In this document: piece after piece, positions 56,599-64,000 of the stretch | How the letters are laid out: each line of letters begins with the position of its first letter | Position numbering within the stretch: the first letter of the stretch is position 1 | Notes under the pieces: model-generated | Told to the model about the DNA's origin: nothing | The model's input: the letters and a program-made list of their open reading frames with translations, nothing else | Databases searched by the model: none | Position numbers and translations under genes: made by a program | From: a virus | DNA length: 64,000 nucleotides | Virus record (IMG/VR): IMGVR_UViG_3300027749_000111 | Span: 2,373 to 66,372 of that record | Direction: 5' to 3' (one strand)

Positions 56599-59086
56599 TA
56601 CATCAGGAGTACTAGCTAGGCTGCAAGCAGCACTGTCAGTTTACGATCCAACTTGGGACGTAACAGTTGGCAGTGCTACTTATAAAATCCTAGAATCAGT
56701 AGCAACAGAGATTGCTAACGCAAGCAATAATACCGTTTTGCAAACATACAGCTATGATGTTAATACACAGTATGGTCAAGACCTAGATACTTTTTGTAAT
56801 TTATTTGGTGTTTATCGACAGCTTGGTAAAAGAGCTTCTGGCACCGTTACCTTTTATACAAGTGGTTCTTCTTCTGTTATTTCTTTGATACCGATTGGTA
56901 CTCAAGTTGCTGTACCAATCAATACAAGTAACAACATCACCACTGCTGTTTACTTTTCTACGCTTGAAGCAGCAATCATTCAACCTGGTGGTTTATCTGT
57001 TGATGTGCCAGTGGTTGCCACACTACCAGGAACTGTTGGTAACGTTGCTGCAGGCGCAATTACTACCATGGTAAATTCAATTGTTGGTGTTAATAGAGTA
57101 ATTAATGCCGCTGCCTTTACTGGTGGTGCAGATCCAGAAAGCGATGCTGCTTTTAGAAACCGTTGGACCAACACAGCATTTAACAATACTACTGGTACAT
57201 TTGGCAAGTATGTTGTTACTGCATTGCAAGATAATAATGTTGGCAGAGCAAATGCCATTGGTCAACAAAATTATTGGGATGAACAATCACAAGTGCAAGC
57301 AACGATTAGTGGTGGAAGCGGTAACTTTTATTTTAATCTTGTTGCATACAGTGGTATGACCAACTTAATAACAAATAGTGGTTACACAACTTCAACAGTT
57401 GTTGCTAGCAGTGGGTTCTCATATACATCAACTGGCAGTGCTGTAACCAGTGGCCTCAATACATTGATCTCCGGTCAAGCCCCAGGATATAATATTGTTG
57501 TTAGCTCTATAACAACTACAGGAACAGTATCTGCTGGATTTAATATTAGTTTTAGTAACCCAAGTCCATACCGTTTGATGATTGGTAGCGGCACAACATT
57601 TAGTTCTATTCCAACAGTTACTGTTACTGGCCAAACTGTTAGTGGCGTTAACTACTATGAATGGGTCCAAAGCAACAACCCAGATCTTGGTATTAGTGGG
57701 ACCCTGTCTTATATTAATAACAATGTACAAACCAGTGGTTTTTTATTTCCACAAGGCAATGAACTAATAGGATCTAATCTTAATACCAGCAGCCAAATTA
57801 CCTATTCAAATAATATTGATTATTATTACCCAAGCAATTTAACACCGCAATTAAAATTAAATATAGCAAATGGAACAAATAATCCTAGTTTGTTCATCGG
57901 TAATAACATCGAAATGATCTCAGAATATTGCCCAGCTGCTAGTAGGTCTACAACTATTGCAAGCGGTAATTACGTTGATGTATTTATTGATGGAACCTCA
58001 TCAGTAATTGTGCAAGAACAAAGTGTATACAACCCATTATTTACATTGAGCGGCGGAGCAAACGCTCCCTCCTATCTTAATTTGTCTAATTATATTGTTG
58101 CCAGTGGTGTTAGCGCAGCATTGATAACATCTATTTCCGGCGATGTTTATATACCATTTGATCAACAACCACTTAATAATTTTCCTTCTCAACTTAATGC
58201 ATCAAACAGTGGTGTAGCTGATACAATTTACGTTTATAACAATACCACTGGTAGCGGTTACTATTATCCTATTGCCCTCAATCCATATTTGAGTCCAAGC
58301 GGCACTGCATATACTACATTTACCGGTGCAATTGTTTCAGGTATGACAAACGTTTCTACCACTTTTATTCCAGTTATTGGTGCCAGTGGGCTTTTATATC
58401 CAGGAATGGCGTTAGCAAATAGTGTTGCTACAAGCGGTTCGCCGTTTTATATTAAATCAGTATCATCTAGTGGCATCACTCTTAATAACAACGTTACTGG
58501 AACTTATACTGCTGCAACTGGGGTTGTAATCAGTGGTAAAACATTGGCATATCCTTTGTATGATGTTACTGACTCTAGTAATAGCATTCTTTCAATGAAC
58601 GGCATTGCATTCGATAATGCCGCAACTCCATCGGGCTGGCCTGCATTCCCAACTGCTTTGTCATGGGTAACATACAATCATGGTTATAACAGCGATGTTG
58701 TTCAAGTCGATAGTTTAACACAACAGAGCAGGCCAATCGGTGTTAACGCCCTTGTACACCAAGCTACATTTGTTCCAATGATAATTAACTTAACACTTGT
58801 TCTTTCACAAGGCACAAGCATAGCCACTGCTCAATCTGATATTAGCAACCAAATAACTCAATACTTTTCAAATGTTGGGTACAATTCAATGATTTCATTT
58901 TCTAATGTTGCAACGCAAGTTCTTTCAGCAGGTGGTGTTTCAAATGTAAGAGTAAATAGCATTAATACAACTGCTATTGATGGAACCATTCTTACAACAC
59001 AAACAAAAGATTTTAATCTTGCAAGCAATCAATTGCCTGTATTGTATAATATTGTTTACACTTACAAGGGATCTAGTAACTTCTAA
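56591..59086 (+). CDS. Baseplate J-like protein
   Basis: GQDLD...RASGTVTF...IPIGT...GTVGNVAAG.I...GGADPESDAAFR motifs. Confidence 0.88.
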   Translation: MADTSGVLARLQAALSVYDPTWDVTVGSATYKILESVATEIANASNNTVLQTYSYDVNTQYGQDLDTFCNLFGVYRQLGKRASGTVTFYTSGSSSVISLIPIGTQVAVPINTSNNITTAVYFSTLEAAIIQPGGLSVDVPVVATLPGTVGNVAAGAITTMVNSIVGVNRVINAAAFTGGADPESDAAFRNRWTNTAFNNTTGTFGKYVVTALQDNNVGRANAIGQQNYWDEQSQVQATISGGSGNFYFNLVAYSGMTNLITNSGYTTSTVVASSGFSYTSTGSAVTSGLNTLISGQAPGYNIVVSSITTTGTVSAGFNISFSNPSPYRLMIGSGTTFSSIPTVTVTGQTVSGVNYYEWVQSNNPDLGISGTLSYINNNVQTSGFLFPQGNELIGSNLNTSSQITYSNNIDYYYPSNLTPQLKLNIANGTNNPSLFIGNNIEMISEYCPAASRSTTIASGNYVDVFIDGTSSVIVQEQSVYNPLFTLSGGANAPSYLNLSNYIVASGVSAALITSISGDVYIPFDQQPLNNFPSQLNASNSGVADTIYVYNNTTGSGYYYPIALNPYLSPSGTAYTTFTGAIVSGMTNVSTTFIPVIGASGLLYPGMALANSVATSGSPFYIKSVSSSGITLNNNVTGTYTAATGVVISGKTLAYPLYDVTDSSNSILSMNGIAFDNAATPSGWPAFPTALSWVTYNHGYNSDVVQVDSLTQQSRPIGVNALVHQATFVPMIINLTLVLSQGTSIATAQSDISNQITQYFSNVGYNSMISFSNVATQVLSAGGVSNVRVNSINTTAIDGTILTTQTKDFNLASNQLPVLYNIVYTYKGSSNF

Positions 59087-60036
59087 TGGCTGGAAATATT
59101 GCTCCCATTAATTTGCACTCTACTTTTGCTCAAAAAGTAAGCAACTTTCCTGATAATGTCTATGAGTTTAATGAAAATACCAACATTAATACTTTAATGA
59201 AAATCCTGTTAGGAAATAGTGGAACTGGACAATTGTATAATATACAAACAGCCGCACGGCTAGGCCAAGAACGTATAGAGTACAGCAACCTAGATAACAT
59301 ACTTGGTATGATTCTTAATATTAAAAGAACATCTCCTGAAATTTATAGTTTTTCTACTAACCCATTTATTGATCAATTGAGTATGACTCAATGGGAAGAA
59401 ATAATTCATAAAGATTCTACCTATCGCGAACGTTTGTTGAGTGCAGCTGAGTCATTTCAAAATGGTGCAAACTTATGGTCAATAACCATGTTGTGCCAGG
59501 CAATGACACAAATAAAATTTTATGTAACAGAAAGTTGGAGAACACCCAACCTGGGTCGTGCAACGGTGCCTTCAGACTTAGAAGTGGTTCTCATACCTAT
59601 TTTAGACAACCCTTCATCTGCTTTTTTCAAATGGGATCAAAGTAAAGCTATGAATATTCTTTCTTCAATAAACAAAATGGTACCAGAGCACATGATCATT
59701 AGCTTTGGAAAACCTGTGTATAATCTTACAAATGTCCCAGTAACATATGCTGTATCATCGGGAGTTTCACAATATTTTTATATGCAACCAACAGTTACGC
59801 CAACACAAATTAGCTCACCAACAATAGTACAACCAGGTTCAAGCACACGATATTGGCTGCAAAGCAATCAAAAGAACGTTGCTCCTTATTTTTCTCACTT
59901 GCAAACACAAGAAATATCTATTGATGTTACTGGCAACATTATCAATGTTAATAGCTCTGATAACACTGGTGTACCGTATAATAGCATTGCTAACCCATCT
60001 ATTCAAGTAACTTCTACATTGTATGGTGCACAATAA
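59086..60036 (+). CDS. Baseplate wedge (protein I-like)
   Basis: Follows J; LDNILG, DSTYRERL, INKMVP motifs. Confidence 0.65.
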   Translation: MAGNIAPINLHSTFAQKVSNFPDNVYEFNENTNINTLMKILLGNSGTGQLYNIQTAARLGQERIEYSNLDNILGMILNIKRTSPEIYSFSTNPFIDQLSMTQWEEIIHKDSTYRERLLSAAESFQNGANLWSITMLCQAMTQIKFYVTESWRTPNLGRATVPSDLEVVLIPILDNPSSAFFKWDQSKAMNILSSINKMVPEHMIISFGKPVYNLTNVPVTYAVSSGVSQYFYMQPTVTPTQISSPTIVQPGSSTRYWLQSNQKNVAPYFSHLQTQEISIDVTGNIINVNSSDNTGVPYNSIANPSIQVTSTLYGAQ

Positions 60037-63000
60037 TGTCTATTCTTCCAAGGAATACTGATCCATCTAAAGACTACGTAACACAAGGGTATAATCCACC
60101 ATTGACACAAAATGGATTGGTATACAATCAAATTTATGCTCACACAGGTGTAGTAGACACTCTTAATAATATCAATCAAAATGCTTATGCTGATCCAAAT
60201 TTATCTATTATTAATAATTCTAATAATACATTATCACTTACACAACAGCAACAAACACAATGGATTTCCTCTGCTGATTATGGCAATAATGTTAATGGTT
60301 CATCTGTTACATTAAAGTATTATGTTGCAAATACAACGTACTTTAATACAATTAATTTTAACATTTTAAATGTACCTTGTTATGTTCAATTGTTAGATTA
60401 TGATGGCAACATATTAGATCCAAATGCAACATTTAGCATTGCTGGTGGAAATGATATTTATACTACAACTGACTGGGTTAATATCAAATATGTTTCTGAT
60501 CAAACATTAACCATTCAATCAGATACTGAAAAAAACTTTATACAAGTTGTTATTAGTAGAAATAAATTAGTACAGCAACCAAGTTCATTAAGCAACACCT
60601 TACAGAGCATTCCTTACAGCGTTGGCATTAGAAATCTTAGTTTAAAACTAAATATACAATCATCAAATGATGTGCCAATTAGTGGTACTGCAACACCATT
60701 TATTGTGCAAAACAAATTTGGTTTTATTGAACAATACAATCAAGTTGTTTTTTCCGGAACCAATGCATTTACAACCAGTGGTAATAACTACTGGAAGTCT
60801 GCACCACAACCAGTTGGTGATGCCGTTGTAAGCTTTTATATTCAAACAGGTGTATCAGGTTCTAACACTATGAATGCATCTGTTATTAATAAACTTTATT
60901 TAGATCCTATTTATAGTGGATGCAAATTCAATATGTATTACACTACTTATACTGGTTTTGCCAATAATAATGACCCATCTGGTTATACTTGGACTCCAAT
61001 ACAACGTGATTTCACTATGCACAAGGGCCTATACACTTTACCAAATATAACATCTACTTATATCAAGCTTGAATTTACTCAACTTGCTTCTGAACCATAT
61101 GATATGCAATATGATTACATCAATAGAGATATTAATGTATTTCCATACTATGTAGAACAATACTATGCTGATCTTGAAAATAATATTATTGATGGCGCTA
61201 GCGATAATTATTATTATTTAACATCTAATAACAATCAAGCACCTAATTACCAAACCAGTGCATCAACGTTATTTGGTGTTGCAAGCAACAGCAGCAATTT
61301 AAATTCATCATGGCCATCTATTGGCACCAGCACAACATCATCACCATCAGTATCTAGTGCCTCATACATTATTGATCCAAGCATGAGCTATAAATTAATT
61401 GATAGTAACGGTCAATATAACGGTCAAAGTTACACGCAATTTTTGCAACGACGTTTCCCCAATGTTGGTACTCACAATTATTCTCAGATTACTGTAAAGC
61501 ACAATTGGCATCAAGCTTACTATGCTGGTTTATACAATGTTTCTGCTTTTTATGAAAAAAATACATACGATGATTTAAAACCAATCATTAGCAATTTAAT
61601 TTCTAGCAATAATAACAACCAATTCTCTGCAGGTGGAGACGGTTACAATTATATTCTTTTAAATCCAGATGAAACTGCTACTACTCCATGGTTTTCGACC
61701 ATTGATACATTCAAAAGTTTTAACATTGGGGCGCTTACAACAGACTGGCAAAGTTTTTTAACAGATAGCCAAGTGCTGATGAATGACACCACAAATCTTG
61801 TAACTAAAAATGTTACAGTTACAGGATCAATTGGGTCCCCAACATCACTACCGACCATTTCTAAGCTTGGAAGTAGCACAGTATCTTCGGTAATTCCTGG
61901 TTCTGGCACATCATACATTCAAACAGGTAAGTATGCAGCTAGCAATAATGTAATCAACTATCTTGATGCCAACTATTTGAATGGCACAACAACCTGGTCC
62001 GGTCTTGGGGGCACAACTCTATCAGGAACTTTAGTAAATTGGACTGCTAGTGGTAATAGCGGTATGGCCAGTGGCATAAATGTTAGTGGTGGCAGCATAT
62101 CCGCCGCTTATAATTTTACTATCCCTGGAATTTATAGCGCTAGCGGTACTCAAAATTGGACGGTACAATTTGGTAGTGCTCCATATGGTGTGGTTGGGTT
62201 TGCAAATTATAATGCAGTTAAACAAAGCGTTAGTTATTATTTTCTTACTAATGCACAAGTATCTGGCAACTCATCTGGCATATCAACTGTTAGCGGTAGT
62301 GTTACTTTGTACACACAGTTTGTCAACCCAATTACTGGAGTTGCTATTCCAAACACTGTTGTCAGTGGAAACACCACTGTGTTTAACAACTCTGGATCAA
62401 GTTCAAACATCACCACTCTTAGTGGAACTAATTATACAGCCAGTGGAATACCAACAAATACAATTCAATTAGTTATTAGCGGTACAACACCATTTAATTT
62501 ATATCAATTGGGCGCATTTAATTCGCCAACGTCAACATGGACTAGCCCATCAGATCGTAGTAACATGCGAATCAGTGCAGTATCCAGAGTGTTGTTTCCC
62601 AATACCAGTAATGGAACCTATCGGTTTAGTTTGCTGGGTACAGATGCCAATGGCACCACTACGGAGCTAGCAAACAAACAGTTCAATGGTGGAACTTTAC
62701 CTATTAACACATGGATTAACGTAGAAGTTCCTGGATTTTCTAATGGCAATTATGTTAATTTTTCTGCTAAAATTGCTCAAACAAACTCAAATATCAGTGG
62801 CGAAAATTATTATGTAAGCATGTTGTCTCCATTCTATCACCCAATACGTTACGAATTTACCAACGTAAGTGGTACCAGCATCACTGATACCAGTGGTTGG
62901 TACCCTATTACCACTGGCATTAACGATCCAAATGGTTTGATTAGTACGGTTCCAGCATCAGGTTTATCAGCTAGTGGAATACAAGTGCGCATGACTTCTC

Positions 63001-63233
63001 TTGATCCAAATGTATTTGTTTGTGGTTTAAGCATTGTTCCTCATTACAAACAGAATGCTTATTATGCAAATCTTGATATTAATTATATTGGCAATAGCAA
63101 AACCAATGAATCTTCTGCACGCACTCCTATCGAGCGCAAACCAATGTTTATGCTAAACCATGAATTGTATCCAGCAAGATTCAGTGTTTATCAAGTAGCA
63201 TCAGGTATACCAGTTTCTTACATAACAATTTGA
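60036..63233 (+). CDS. Large baseplate/tail fibre-associated protein
   Basis: 1065 aa, beta-rich; YWKSAPQP, LYLDP, WTPI motifs. Confidence 0.7.
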   Translation: MSILPRNTDPSKDYVTQGYNPPLTQNGLVYNQIYAHTGVVDTLNNINQNAYADPNLSIINNSNNTLSLTQQQQTQWISSADYGNNVNGSSVTLKYYVANTTYFNTINFNILNVPCYVQLLDYDGNILDPNATFSIAGGNDIYTTTDWVNIKYVSDQTLTIQSDTEKNFIQVVISRNKLVQQPSSLSNTLQSIPYSVGIRNLSLKLNIQSSNDVPISGTATPFIVQNKFGFIEQYNQVVFSGTNAFTTSGNNYWKSAPQPVGDAVVSFYIQTGVSGSNTMNASVINKLYLDPIYSGCKFNMYYTTYTGFANNNDPSGYTWTPIQRDFTMHKGLYTLPNITSTYIKLEFTQLASEPYDMQYDYINRDINVFPYYVEQYYADLENNIIDGASDNYYYLTSNNNQAPNYQTSASTLFGVASNSSNLNSSWPSIGTSTTSSPSVSSASYIIDPSMSYKLIDSNGQYNGQSYTQFLQRRFPNVGTHNYSQITVKHNWHQAYYAGLYNVSAFYEKNTYDDLKPIISNLISSNNNNQFSAGGDGYNYILLNPDETATTPWFSTIDTFKSFNIGALTTDWQSFLTDSQVLMNDTTNLVTKNVTVTGSIGSPTSLPTISKLGSSTVSSVIPGSGTSYIQTGKYAASNNVINYLDANYLNGTTTWSGLGGTTLSGTLVNWTASGNSGMASGINVSGGSISAAYNFTIPGIYSASGTQNWTVQFGSAPYGVVGFANYNAVKQSVSYYFLTNAQVSGNSSGISTVSGSVTLYTQFVNPITGVAIPNTVVSGNTTVFNNSGSSSNITTLSGTNYTASGIPTNTIQLVISGTTPFNLYQLGAFNSPTSTWTSPSDRSNMRISAVSRVLFPNTSNGTYRFSLLGTDANGTTTELANKQFNGGTLPINTWINVEVPGFSNGNYVNFSAKIAQTNSNISGENYYVSMLSPFYHPIRYEFTNVSGTSITDTSGWYPITTGINDPNGLISTVPASGLSASGIQVRMTSLDPNVFVCGLSIVPHYKQNAYYANLDINYIGNSKTNESSARTPIERKPMFMLNHELYPARFSVYQVASGIPVSYITI

Positions 63234-63265
63234 TTTCTTTGTAAACACCTGCTAGGCTTAGTGCC

Positions 63266-64000
63266 ATGAGTAAGAATATGGTGTTTGTTCAAAGGAGCGT
63301 GCAACTCAATGGAGTGCTACGCTACAGCACTCTCAACAATGACATCAAAAAACTATTTGATTGGGACCCGCTGGGCACTTTACGCAATCGTGACTACATT
63401 GCAAAATTCGATGCAACCATTAAAGAACACGGCATAAGCCTTGAGTTTGAAGACGATGAAACACAAAATCGCTACAACGCATTGCTGGCTTGTGCTAATA
63501 ATCCTTATGAAGTAAGAAGCCCATTCTTAAAAGATAATCAGCTGTTTCCCTTCCAACATGTTGGGTTAAATTACGTATGGGAACAGATGCATTCTGTTAG
63601 TCCAAGAGTATTGGTTCAATGGGATACCGGAGCTGGTAAAACGTTGCTTAGTTGTTTAACTAGCCAAAAATTATTTGATGCCGGTGATATTGATCTTGTA
63701 CTGGTGTTCTGTAAAAAAATAAAACAGCATGACTGGGAACAAGAATTCCGCAGGATGACATATCTGTCAGTAACTAGGGTTACTGACAAATTAACAAGAC
63801 GTAATCGTCATATACTTTATGAGCAAGATGACAGCCAAGTAATGGTATTGAACTATGAAAAAATTCGTGAAGGAAACTACACCAAAGTAAAAGGTCAGCG
63901 CAAAAAAGTATTGTCTTATGATAGAACAGATCTTTTACAAATCTTAGAAAAAATTAAAGACAAACGCGTGTTGATTATTATTGATGAAGCACAAAGAGTA
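63266..64000 (+). CDS. SNF2-like superfamily 2 helicase (5' part, truncated by the window)
   Basis: Manual translation: LFPFQ (Q motif), WDTGAGKT (Walker A), LNYE, IIIDEAQ (Walker B). Confidence 0.85.
   Translation, partial: MSKNMVFVQRSVQLNGVLRYSTLNNDIKKLFDWDPLGTLRNRDYIAKFDATIKEHGISLEFEDDETQNRYNALLACANNPYEVRSPFLKDNQLFPFQHVGLNYVWEQMHSVSPRVLVQWDTGAGKTLLSCLTSQKLFDAGDIDLVLVFCKKIKQHDWEQEFRRMTYLSVTRVTDKLTRRNRHILYEQDDSQVMVLNYEKIREGNYTKVKGQRKKVLSYDRTDLLQILEKIKDKRVLIIIDEAQRV

Noticed and set aside
1-64000. Alternative genetic code or stop-codon reassignment
   Set aside because: Long conserved genes are intact in the standard code, TAA, TAG and TGA all end genes, and no suppressor tRNA is seen.

Overview
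This 64 kb window is a slice of a large, moderately AT-rich myovirus genome. The portal/protease/scaffold/capsid order and protein style recall large actinobacterial myophages such as Bxz1-like cluster C; that assignment is from recall, not a search. Almost all genes are on the + strand. 0.6-25 kb holds mostly unknown proteins plus a papain-like protease, a Dps ferritin, a metallophosphoesterase, a permuted NlpC/P60 enzyme and a tRNA cluster. 25-33 kb is the head module. 33-63 kb holds surface proteins, an endolysin, neck, sheath, tube, a frameshifting chaperone, tape measure and baseplate. A partial SNF2-type helicase ends the window. Highlights: (1) a tRNA-Gln(UUG) gene is split just after its anticodon by a cassette carrying a diverged replacement tRNA-Gln(UUG) and an HNH endonuclease whose stop codon lies in the relict tRNA 3' end; (2) a [K/R]-x-A leader motif (WxLRYA, FNSKxA, KTAA variants) sits near the N-terminus of about 20 head-region proteins and at internal module boundaries, suggesting a capsid-targeting or maturation signal; (3) surface and tail proteins are strongly enriched in x-Ser-Gly; (4) a tRNA-Ile(UAU) is present; (5) there are TA-free, compositionally odd DNA islands inside coding sequence.
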